From: Thermodesulfobacteriota bacterium
GTDB taxonomy: Bacteria > Desulfobacterota_D > UBA1144
Direction: 5' to 3'
Assembly (NCBI GenBank): GCA_029246845.1
Contig: JAQWMJ010000009.1
Location: 1-43,658 of the forward strand
Length of the DNA: 43,658 nucleotides
The notes under the pieces are model-generated. The model saw nothing but the letters and a program-made list of their open reading frames with translations, did not search any database and was not told the origin of the DNA. The position numbers were made by a program, and so were the translations under genes. Positions 19,411-27,883 of the stretch are shown here, one piece after another; position 1 is the first letter of the stretch, and the number at the start of each line of letters is the position of its first letter.

Positions 19411-19530
19411 GATATTTATAATGTATTATAACTAGAGAAATGATTCAAGAAACAATTCTTTTTTACTTCTCAATAACAGTAGTTCTAATGATAATAGTGT
19501 TGATATATCTTGTTAAGAGAAAATAAGATT

Positions 19531-19947
19531 ATGTGGAAATGTATTCATACATGGAAGAAGGCTTCTGTTAACACTCTATGGTGCCTATTCGGTTGCGCAC
19601 TTGGAGATTTTGGTACAATAATATACTTTCAAAATATCACTCACTCAAATACAACATTAGAGATAATGGTCTTGGCTACTATTAATGGTTTAATTACAAG
19701 TATTATATTTGAAACTTTAGTGCTTCTAAGACAAATGGGCTTTAAGAACGCTTTTAAAACTGCAATAGGGATGAGTTTTGTTAGCATGATATTTATGGAA
19801 ATTGCCATGAACGCTACAGACTTAATGATTAATGGTGCACCTGTTATAAACTTAAAAACAGTACCAATAATATTAATTGTTGGTTATATAACACCATTGC
19901 CATACAACTACTGGAGACTTAAAAAATTTGGAATATCTTGTCATTAA
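19531..19947 (+). CDS. DUF4396-like membrane protein
   Basis: TLWCLFGCALGD, GMSFVSM..ME..MN..D, PLPYNYWRL; start taken at ATG 19531. Confidence 0.8.
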   Translation: MWKCIHTWKKASVNTLWCLFGCALGDFGTIIYFQNITHSNTTLEIMVLATINGLITSIIFETLVLLRQMGFKNAFKTAIGMSFVSMIFMEIAMNATDLMINGAPVINLKTVPIILIVGYITPLPYNYWRLKKFGISCH

Positions 19948-19951
19948 GAAA

Positions 19952-20542
19952 TTAGGCGCTTTTCATTTCGCGGTATTTTCTTTCTTCTTCGGTAAAGGCA
20001 CCATCTGCAACAGGAACGATTGAAGGTATTAATGCACCACCAAGCCTAAGGAAACAGTTCTCAAGGAACTTCCCGGTTTCAGTTGCGTATGCTGCGTTTC
20101 TCTTAAAAGTTAAAAAGGATCTCCAGTAATTTATCGTAGACCATACAACAGTTGCTGGAGTTACACGCTTTAAATCATCATTGTAGGTTCCAATATGAGC
20201 CATGGACAAAGTTGTCAAATCAACAATTTCATCACCGACCATTGTTTTTGGATCCCAGGATTCATGGTCAACAATAGGTGTTCCATGTAAAATTGCATGA
20301 TCATGCATTACTGCTTCAATTAATTTGTCCGGATTTTCAGTTGTTAGGTATTCTTCTAAACAGTCAAGAGCAATTAGCTTAAAAGGATTATGGCTATGAT
20401 AAGCCTCTCCTTTATCATTCATAAGCTGAACATTACCTCTAGCTTGAGGCCTAAATAAAACTTTTTCTCTTAAGCCTTCAGGAAAAACCAGGGCCAAAGT
20501 AGTTTCTTGTGCTTTTTGCTCTCTAAAATCTATACCTTGCAT
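19952..20542 (-). CDS. Hypothetical protein, YWR-family member 4 (short, with insert)
   Basis: LEEYLTTENPDKLIEAV...TINYWRSFL...FLRLGGAL. Confidence 0.85.
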   Translation of the reverse strand: MQGIDFREQKAQETTLALVFPEGLREKVLFRPQARGNVQLMNDKGEAYHSHNPFKLIALDCLEEYLTTENPDKLIEAVMHDHAILHGTPIVDHESWDPKTMVGDEIVDLTTLSMAHIGTYNDDLKRVTPATVVWSTINYWRSFLTFKRNAAYATETGKFLENCFLRLGGALIPSIVPVADGAFTEEERKYREMKSA

Positions 20543-20629
20543 CCCTTTATATTACTTAACTTTTTGATTATAGCAATCATTAATTAATAAAAATTTCTTA
20601 TGTCTCGTTTTTCATTTATAATTAAGGGG

Positions 20630-20737
20630 ATGTCTAGTCCTAAAGAGAAATTATTTTTTGCCTTGCTGTTCCTCACAATTTTTTTAATTATGGCTTATTC
20701 TTTATTTAAAATAACTGAAACTTCAGTAAAAATTTAG
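20630..20737 (+). CDS. Small single-TM protein, 35 aa; not in ORF track
   Basis: MSSPKEKLFFALLFLTIFLIMAYSLFKITETSVKI*; TATAAT 7 nt upstream; stop overlaps the convergent gene. Confidence 0.6.
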   Translation: MSSPKEKLFFALLFLTIFLIMAYSLFKITETSVKI

Positions 20738-21012
20738 CTTTTTCCATCCCAAAAATGTTTAAATTCTCCCCATAATTCTGACCTAGACTTCTTTCTCTGA
20801 TCCATATCTTTTAGGTTTAAACAACCTAATATGAGACTAACCCAACGGATAGTTACCTTGTAATACAATAGAAGCTTTTGCCTACCTTCGGGATATGTTG
20901 CTAGGAATATCGCATATATTAATAGCAGCGGAGAGAGGACTATAAAAGCAAAGGGAAGAGAAAGTATAAAAAGAATAATCCTATTAATTGTTTTTCTTAA
21001 CTTAATTGACAT
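20734..21012 (-). CDS. Hypothetical membrane protein
   Basis: 92-aa ORF with a long N-terminal hydrophobic segment, 4 nt downstream of the DUF45 gene. Confidence 0.75.
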   Translation of the reverse strand: MSIKLRKTINRIILFILSLPFAFIVLSPLLLIYAIFLATYPEGRQKLLLYYKVTIRWVSLILGCLNLKDMDQRKKSRSELWGEFKHFWDGKS

Positions 21013-21016
21013 TGAA

Positions 21017-21787
21017 TTATATTTCGAACTCTAATTGTTTATTTTGCCTTGAAACCTCTTCTTTTTTCTTAGAATCTCGAGAATCGGTAAAAGAAGGTCC
21101 GCCATCATTCTTTAAAATACTTAATATATGATCATATTCTTTTAAGGAATTTTCATGTTTTAAGTAATCAGGCATCATCTGTTCAACTTTAAGCCAATAA
21201 TCAGATGAATGATTTCTAATGTGCATATGTGCTAATTCATGAACAACCAGATAAGCAATTACATCTGGTGGAATAAGAACAACTCTCCAACTAAAATTTA
21301 AATTCCCATCTCCAGAACAAGATGCCCATTGAGAAAACGAGTCTTTTATTATTACTTCCTTATATGGAATCTTATAGAGACTTGAAAACCTATCTGCTAC
21401 ACCTGAGATATAATCTCTAGCTCTATCTTTATACCAATCAATAAAAAATTTGTTTGCAAACTTTAGGTAGTTCTTAGACAAGTAGAATGTTTCATCTCTA
21501 TAAGATAGTGGAACAGGGTCATTGTCGATGATTTTTAAATTTCTCTCAATTCCAAGGTATAAGAACTTTTCACCATCCTCATACTTTTTGTGGAGATCAT
21601 TAAGATACTTTGCTTTCGCTATTTGCTGAGTCCTCAGAAGCCAAAATTTCTTGGATTCAATTATTTCTTCAATCCTTTCTATTGGTTCATCAAGTGGGGC
21701 ACGAACAATTATGTATCCCTCTACTGAAACTTGAATTTCAGTACTCTTCCTCTCGGTTCTTATAATTTGGTCCACTTTAACAGACAT
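21017..21787 (-). CDS. YgjP/DUF45 (M48-like, SprT-related) metallohydrolase
   Basis: R.T.RKS..I.V, VRAP, GEKFLYLG, WASCS..GNLNFSWR, YLVVHELAH...NHS..YW. Confidence 0.9.
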   Translation of the reverse strand: MSVKVDQIIRTERKSTEIQVSVEGYIIVRAPLDEPIERIEEIIESKKFWLLRTQQIAKAKYLNDLHKKYEDGEKFLYLGIERNLKIIDNDPVPLSYRDETFYLSKNYLKFANKFFIDWYKDRARDYISGVADRFSSLYKIPYKEVIIKDSFSQWASCSGDGNLNFSWRVVLIPPDVIAYLVVHELAHMHIRNHSSDYWLKVEQMMPDYLKHENSLKEYDHILSILKNDGGPSFTDSRDSKKKEEVSRQNKQLEFEI

Positions 21788-21841
21788 TTGAGCTCACTAT
21801 ACCAAAAATAAAGTGAAACCGCTAGCATTTTAATAAAAAAA

Positions 21842-22144
21842 TCAAAGAAGTATTATAGTAAGAACGGTTAACAAGAGTCCAAATACGACTCCAACCACGG
21901 TTCCTTTTAAAGTGTCCGTTTGTGGCTTACTAAGTTTCGGAGGCACCGGGAGCTTGTCAGTATCCAATATTTCAAACAATGGAATATGTGAAAGAATAAT
22001 AAAAGTTGGTATCCCTATAGCTACAGCCATTATTAGTAACTTTCCTATTACAGGGACAGTTTCATAAAAAACTACCTCTTCAGCTGAAGCATTTCCAACT
22101 AAAAGCAAAAAGAAAAAGACTATTTTTGGATTATTAAATCTCAT
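21842..22144 (-). CDS. Hypothetical membrane protein with signal-peptide-like N-terminus
   Basis: LLLVGNASA-EE cleavage-like site followed by two TM segments. Confidence 0.75.
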   Translation of the reverse strand: MRFNNPKIVFFFLLLVGNASAEEVVFYETVPVIGKLLIMAVAIGIPTFIILSHIPLFEILDTDKLPVPPKLSKPQTDTLKGTVVGVVFGLLLTVLTIILL

Positions 22145-22188
22145 ATATTTAGATTGAATTATAATTCTAAATATAGGAAAATCAAATT

Positions 22189-22935
22189 ATGCCTTCTTGT
22201 TGTTTACAAATATATCAAAGACTTTCACATTTTAAAGATGATAAAGATTACTGGGTTGAATATACAGATTTCTACGAACGCTTTTGGGGTGGTCCTACAT
22301 CACCTTATGGTTTGTGGTTTGGAAATGAATACGTAACATTTCAAAATGCATTATGTGAACAATTAGATATAAAAGAAAACCAAATCAAAGAATGCCTATT
22401 TATTAAAGAAAACAATGAGAACTTCATCTGTCCGGACAATAAATTGGATAATACTCCTTTTTCTTTTTTAGTCGACAATCTTATTCCAATTCACTGGTTT
22501 TTTATTTTTAACGAAAGTCAAAAAAAAGTCTTTAAAACTCATTGGGGTTTTGGTGCAATTCATTACAAAAGCAGTGTTGCTGATGTTAAAAAAACAATTA
22601 AAAATTTCAATTCCACAATAGAAGAAGTACCAGTTGAAGATCCAGAACTTAAAAAGTATTTAGATGTCATTCAGGAGGATTTGGAGGACTTAAAGAAGTG
22701 GTTACATAAATTTCCCTCTGATAGCTTTATTATTTTAAATTATGGAGACTTACTTGCCTCCTTCCCTATGAATAGTCTTGACAAGGAGGATTCGGTAAGA
22801 ATAGTTTCAGATTTTAAATTAAAGCTAATAAATTCAGAGTTCGAAAATGCAAAAGACTTGTTTAAATTTCTATTAGAGCGTTGGTCGAACATAGAGTTCG
22901 CTAACCAGAAAGATTTGAGTAAATCATCAAATTAA
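22189..22935 (+). CDS. Conserved hypothetical protein
   Basis: 248-aa ORF with AGGA SD; motifs LQIYQ.L, IP.HWF..F, WL..F...S...LNYG.L, ERW. Confidence 0.85.
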   Translation: MPSCCLQIYQRLSHFKDDKDYWVEYTDFYERFWGGPTSPYGLWFGNEYVTFQNALCEQLDIKENQIKECLFIKENNENFICPDNKLDNTPFSFLVDNLIPIHWFFIFNESQKKVFKTHWGFGAIHYKSSVADVKKTIKNFNSTIEEVPVEDPELKKYLDVIQEDLEDLKKWLHKFPSDSFIILNYGDLLASFPMNSLDKEDSVRIVSDFKLKLINSEFENAKDLFKFLLERWSNIEFANQKDLSKSSN

Positions 22936-23616
22936 TTCTTTTATTTTACTCATTGGTATCAACTTAGGGGGCACTAATAGCTCGTTTTCATTTTTAACAA
23001 AATCATTTTTATACTCCAAGCTCCACTTGTAGCTCAAAAAGTACTGAGTAATAATCAACGCTAGGTTTTTCGTATTCTCAATCTTTGACCATTCAGATAT
23101 CTTACTTTCTAAAGGAATTATCTTGGCCTTGGCTGGATTGAACAAGACCCTCAGTGAAAAGTTCCGCTCCTCAATAGATTTTGGCTTTAATTCTTTTTTA
23201 GCTGTTCTTAACATTTGATAGATATATTTGAAGGTTCCAGCGATATGTTCTTTATTAAAAGGTATAGAACTTTTTGACTTCTTATACGAATTATAGTCAC
23301 CTAGGCCAAGTGCAAACTCTTTAAGGCTTAGTTTGTCTTCAACGCTTGGATATTTAGATTGCAATGTCCATGCAATTACCTGGTATCTAACAACCGGATG
23401 ATCTAATATACAAGGTTGCTCTTTAATTGCTAGAGCCAGATAGAGAGGCTTCTTTGTTTCTTGAAAATCACTGAAATATTTACAAAAGAAAAGCCAGGAC
23501 AAGATCCCAGTCTTTCCAACATGGACTTGCTCAACGAATTCTTTTAAGGCAACAAAGAAACTGTCACTCAAAATTTCGGAATCAATCCAGATGTCTTTTT
23601 TATTTTTTTTTACCAT
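22927..23616 (-). CDS. Hypothetical protein, probable YWR-family member 5 (divergent)
   Basis: FSDFQETKKPLYLALAIKEQPCILDHPVVRYQVIAW; TGnTATAAT 9 nt upstream. Confidence 0.85.
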   Translation of the reverse strand: MVKKNKKDIWIDSEILSDSFFVALKEFVEQVHVGKTGILSWLFFCKYFSDFQETKKPLYLALAIKEQPCILDHPVVRYQVIAWTLQSKYPSVEDKLSLKEFALGLGDYNSYKKSKSSIPFNKEHIAGTFKYIYQMLRTAKKELKPKSIEERNFSLRVLFNPAKAKIIPLESKISEWSKIENTKNLALIITQYFLSYKWSLEYKNDFVKNENELLVPPKLIPMSKIKELI

Positions 23617-23660
23617 TACTTTAAAATTATACCACCTATCAAAAAGTAACGCTCAAATAT

Positions 23661-24395
23661 TTAAATTAACTTCATTCTCATCGAAATAGACTGGAATGTT
23701 GTTCTGTATTTATTAGCAAGAATATGGAGAACTATCTTATCAATCGAATCTACCTCGTAAAAATCTTTAGTAGCTATAGAACCTGAATATGGAGCATAAG
23801 ATTTATGATACCTAGTAGCAAAAATTCCTAGAGCTTCGTCGATAATGAGTGTATTAATATGTTTCGATAACATGATGGGGGATGACTTTTTTCTTTTCTT
23901 GGAGTCCAACATAAAAGGATAAAATCTTATAAAGAACTTATCGATCTTACTTCTTAATGAAACGAACTCAGATAAAAGTTTGGAGTCACTAGGAAAATTC
24001 TCAGCATCTGGTCCAAAATACACTAGCTTGGATAAAGAGCCTGAAGATGCCGCCGTGAATATAGCCTTTAACCAATTCTTAGCTTCTGTCCATCTATCAA
24101 AATTCTTTTTAGAAGACAACAAGGTATTGGAATTCTCCAATTCATTCAAAACAGATTGTAATAAATTTATAATAATTTTTACTTTTGACTCTCTTTCTAA
24201 TGTTAGCTCATCTTTCCAACCTTTCACGTAACTTTCGTCATACAGGATTCGAGGTTCTAGTTTAATCTGTTCAATTATTGACCCTAGAAGTTCCGTCTCT
24301 TTGAGAATATCTGGATAATACTTCTCTTTATAATATTCAACGCTTACAGAAATATCCTCTAAATTTGAAACCTTTGTTAACAATTTCCTTTTCAT
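23661..24395 (-). CDS. Hypothetical protein, possible YWR-family member 6 (most divergent)
   Basis: IIEQIKLEPRILYDESYVKGWK, EAKNWLKAIFTAA; HTH-like C-terminus; starts 3 nt after the fumC stop. Confidence 0.8.
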   Translation of the reverse strand: MKRKLLTKVSNLEDISVSVEYYKEKYYPDILKETELLGSIIEQIKLEPRILYDESYVKGWKDELTLERESKVKIIINLLQSVLNELENSNTLLSSKKNFDRWTEAKNWLKAIFTAASSGSLSKLVYFGPDAENFPSDSKLLSEFVSLRSKIDKFFIRFYPFMLDSKKRKKSSPIMLSKHINTLIIDEALGIFATRYHKSYAPYSGSIATKDFYEVDSIDKIVLHILANKYRTTFQSISMRMKLI

Positions 24396-24398
24396 TTT

Positions 24399-25787
24399 CT
24401 AAAGACTTGGCTTTATCATTGTTTTAGGATTCAAGATCCTAGCTGCTTCCTTCTTTTCTAAAATTTTGTTTTCATCAACTACTTCTCTAACAGTTTTATT
24501 TTCGTTAAAAGCTTTTTTTGCAACAGCCGCAGCTTTATCGTAACCAATTACTGGAGCTAAGCTAGTACACATGGCCAAACTTTTTTCAATAGTACTTTCG
24601 CATTGCTCTTTGTTAGCCTCTATTCCAGATATGCAGTCTTTAGCAAAGACAACTGAGGCATTAGATAAAATTTCTACAGATTCAATCATATTATGAGCCA
24701 TAACCGGCATCATAACATTTAGTTCAAAGTTTCCGGATTGACCAGCTATTGAAATAGTTAGATCATTTCCTATAACTTGCGCACACACTTGCGTTAATGA
24801 CTCAGCAAGAACTGGATTAACCTTACCTGGCATGATAGATGAACCAGGCTGAATCGCTGGAACTGAAATCTCTCCAAAGCCACATCTAGGCCCACTGCCA
24901 AGCCATCTAATATCATTTGCAATCTTCATTAATGAGGTGGCTAATGTTTTCAATGCTCCACTAGTTAGGACTAAGGCATCTTTTGATGCTTGAGCCTCGA
25001 AGTGATTACTGGCTTCCTTGAATTTAATTCCAACTTTTTTAGAAATCTCAACTGCAACCTTCTTTCCAAACTTTTTATGCGAATTGATGCCCGTACCTAC
25101 AGCGGTACCGCCTTGTGCTAACTCTGACAAATTACCAGAGGCTTGCTTTATAAACTCTATAGATTTAGAAACCATGCTTGAGTAGCCTTCAAATTCCTGG
25201 CCTAACGTTATAGGCGTAGCATCCTGAAGATGAGTTCTACCAATTTTAAAAATTTTATCAAATTTTCTTGCCTTTAATGACAACTCTTTTTCTAAAATCT
25301 TTAGATTAGGAATAAGAGAGTTTAAAATCAAGCTATAAACGGATATATACATTGCAGTCGGGATAACATCATTGCTAGACTGGCATAAATTTACATGATC
25401 ATTTGGATGAACTTTTGCTTTACCTTTGATAAATTTATTAGCTAAAGTTGCTATTACTTCGTTAGCATTCATATTAGAAGATGTTCCTGATCCTGTTTGA
25501 AAGATGTCTACAATAAATTCTGAATCATGTTTACCAGAGATAACCTCATCTGCAGCCTTCATTATAGAGTTCCCAACATCCTTGGAAATTAATTTTAAAC
25601 TTAAATTAGTTTTAGCAGCTGAAAACTTAATAACTCCTAAGGCTTCAATGAAAGATCTGTTAAATCTGAGTTTACTTATTGGAAAATTTTCTACGGCCCT
25701 TGCAGTTTGAGCCCCATACAATGCATCTTTAGGTACACTCATTTGGCCCATTGAATCAGATTCTTCTCTAAATTTTTTTTTAATCAT
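24399..25787 (-). CDS. fumC: Class II fumarate hydratase
   Basis: FQTGSGTSSNMN, KIGRTHLQDA, GSSIMPGKVNP, GNFELNV. Confidence 0.96.
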   Translation of the reverse strand: MIKKKFREESDSMGQMSVPKDALYGAQTARAVENFPISKLRFNRSFIEALGVIKFSAAKTNLSLKLISKDVGNSIMKAADEVISGKHDSEFIVDIFQTGSGTSSNMNANEVIATLANKFIKGKAKVHPNDHVNLCQSSNDVIPTAMYISVYSLILNSLIPNLKILEKELSLKARKFDKIFKIGRTHLQDATPITLGQEFEGYSSMVSKSIEFIKQASGNLSELAQGGTAVGTGINSHKKFGKKVAVEISKKVGIKFKEASNHFEAQASKDALVLTSGALKTLATSLMKIANDIRWLGSGPRCGFGEISVPAIQPGSSIMPGKVNPVLAESLTQVCAQVIGNDLTISIAGQSGNFELNVMMPVMAHNMIESVEILSNASVVFAKDCISGIEANKEQCESTIEKSLAMCTSLAPVIGYDKAAAVAKKAFNENKTVREVVDENKILEKKEAARILNPKTMIKPSL

Positions 25788-25902
25788 AAATAGACTTCCT
25801 TTTATTTGATAATGTGATAATTTTAACTTATTGTTAGCGACATTAATATTAATTTTAAATTATTATTTATAAAAGTTAAAATAAAATAATTGGAGAATTA
25901 AA

Positions 25903-26226
25903 ATGAGTAATGTGACAGAAGTAAATGATGGAAATTTTGAAAGTATCGTCTTAGATTCTGAAATACCTGTACTGGTTGATTTTTGGGCTCCGTGGTGCGG
26001 CCCATGCAAGATGCTTGCTCCAACTTTGGAAGAAATATTAAATGAAAACACAGATAAATTCTCAATTGTTAAGATTAATATTGACGAAAACCAAGAAATG
26101 GCTGCAAAATATGGAATCAAGAGCATTCCAACTATGTTGATCTTTAATAAAGGTGAATTGAAGAATCAACTTGTTGGCTCAATGCCAAAAAAAGATATTG
26201 AAGATGTGCTTTTAAAGGAGCTATAA
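25903..26226 (+). CDS. trxA: Thioredoxin
   Basis: VDFWAPWCGPCK, SIPT; GGAG SD. Confidence 0.97.
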   Translation: MSNVTEVNDGNFESIVLDSEIPVLVDFWAPWCGPCKMLAPTLEEILNENTDKFSIVKINIDENQEMAAKYGIKSIPTMLIFNKGELKNQLVGSMPKKDIEDVLLKEL

Positions 26227-26517
26227 ATGCCTAAGTATATAATGCTCAGCAATCTTACTGATGAAGGACGAAAGACAGTTAAGATGCGTCCAGAGAGAAT
26301 AAAAGAAGTGAATGATGAAATAGAGAAAATGGGTGCTAAAGTGTTAGAGCAATATGCTGTACTAGGTGAATATGACTTTATCAACATACTAGATGCCCCA
26401 GACAATGAAACAATTTCTAGAATCTCTATCGAGCTAGGATCAAGGGGAACTATTCAATTAATTACTCTTGCTGCCATACCTATTGATGAGCTAGAAGTCT
26501 CACTCCTTCATAAATAA
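26227..26517 (+). CDS. GYD-domain protein
   Basis: MPKYIML..LTDEG, LGEYDF, APD. Confidence 0.88.
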   Translation: MPKYIMLSNLTDEGRKTVKMRPERIKEVNDEIEKMGAKVLEQYAVLGEYDFINILDAPDNETISRISIELGSRGTIQLITLAAIPIDELEVSLLHK

Positions 26518-26518
26518 A

Positions 26519-27883
26519 TTAAGACAATGGTAGCTTTAAATTTATAAATACCCCGTTGTAAATATATTTATCTATATCTCCATAAAAAGGCTCAATATAT
26601 TCAAAGCTAAGATCTAGATTATCTACTATTCTGAATCTAACCGATGCAACACCATCAACATTTGAACCTTTCTGGGTTTTCTTATCTATGAATTTTAAAT
26701 CAATGTCTAAATTATATTTTTTATTTACAGACCTGAATAAACTGACTTTAGTGTCATAGACAAGGAATAGTTCTTCAGAATCATTACTATATTCCTCTGA
26801 ATTTAAGAAAATTTCAGAGCTGAAGCTGGAGCTGATTAAATTATTACCAATATAAAATTTAGGTGTCAGTATAATCGAATTATGCAGTACATCTTTGAGT
26901 ATCAATGAATTAGAATGCAACTTCTCTAACCTATTCTTTTTATCACCCCATATACTAGTTGTAGGAAAATTTATACCGAAATCATAACCTACATATATAT
27001 TGTCATTTCCAATCATAAGCTTAGTTAAACCAATCTCAGTATTTCCAATCTCAAAACCATTATCCACAACGTTGTAATCTTTATCGTTTCCATCATAAGC
27101 GCCTGCCCATGGAAATCTAAATCTCAAACCTAAATCATTTTCGGTACTTACGAAGTTTGCACTTAAAGAATAAAGTATATCAACACCCCCTCCACGATAC
27201 TGCTTCACATTAAAAATATTTGAATTAACACTTATTCCACTTAATGAAAGAAATGTATCAGTGCCGCTATAATCTCTATACTTGAAAGGTTTATAAATCA
27301 TAAATGTTTTTGTTAACGGATTAATGAAACCAAGATTTCCTTCATCGAGGAACAGCCTTGCTGGGTTTATAAAGTATGAAAGAGTTTTTTTTAATTTAGA
27401 GTCTGATTCAGATAACTCTATATTTATTTTCTCAAAATAAAGACCTAATGGTATCCCTAGGCCTGGCGTTACTACAAGGTCTACAACCGAAGGTTTTTCT
27501 ACTGTCCCCTCAATTGTAAATTCCCACAAAGTACTTTGAATAATTGTTCCCAAGAAAGCATCATCTTTGTCGTATCCCAAGTCACGATAAACTTGATAAT
27601 AAAGTGCACCAAAATATGGATGATACAAGTAATTTGTAGCAAAACTATCTCCATCATTTACTTCTGGATTCAAAATATTCTTGCCCCATTTCTTGGCATT
27701 TGTGTCAAAAATTTTAGAATCCTTGTTTCGAACATAAATGATTCTTCCTGCCCAAAGAAAAGAATTAATAGCTAGCGTATCTTTTAAGAAAACTCTCTCC
27801 TGCTTCTTTATAGTAGAACCAGTATCTGAGAAAGATTCGGAAGTTAAAAAAAGAAGAAAAATAAGAAAGGCTAAATTTTTCAT
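26519..27883 (-). CDS. DUF3943-like exported / outer-membrane protein
   Basis: Signal peptide; DGDSFATNY.YHPYFGA.YY...R, STLWEF.IE...E.PS..DL..TP; beta-rich C-terminal half. Confidence 0.78.
   Translation of the reverse strand: MKNLAFLIFLLFLTSESFSDTGSTIKKQERVFLKDTLAINSFLWAGRIIYVRNKDSKIFDTNAKKWGKNILNPEVNDGDSFATNYLYHPYFGALYYQVYRDLGYDKDDAFLGTIIQSTLWEFTIEGTVEKPSVVDLVVTPGLGIPLGLYFEKINIELSESDSKLKKTLSYFINPARLFLDEGNLGFINPLTKTFMIYKPFKYRDYSGTDTFLSLSGISVNSNIFNVKQYRGGGVDILYSLSANFVSTENDLGLRFRFPWAGAYDGNDKDYNVVDNGFEIGNTEIGLTKLMIGNDNIYVGYDFGINFPTTSIWGDKKNRLEKLHSNSLILKDVLHNSIILTPKFYIGNNLISSSFSSEIFLNSEEYSNDSEELFLVYDTKVSLFRSVNKKYNLDIDLKFIDKKTQKGSNVDGVASVRFRIVDNLDLSFEYIEPFYGDIDKYIYNGVFINLKLPLS

Noticed and set aside
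939..26226. Selenocysteine or stop read-through in msrA, msrB, glutaredoxin or trxA
   Set aside because: All active sites are encoded as Cys with no in-frame TGA
25863..26405. Minus-strand ORFs of 87 and 79 aa
   Set aside because: Antisense shadows of trxA and the GYD gene
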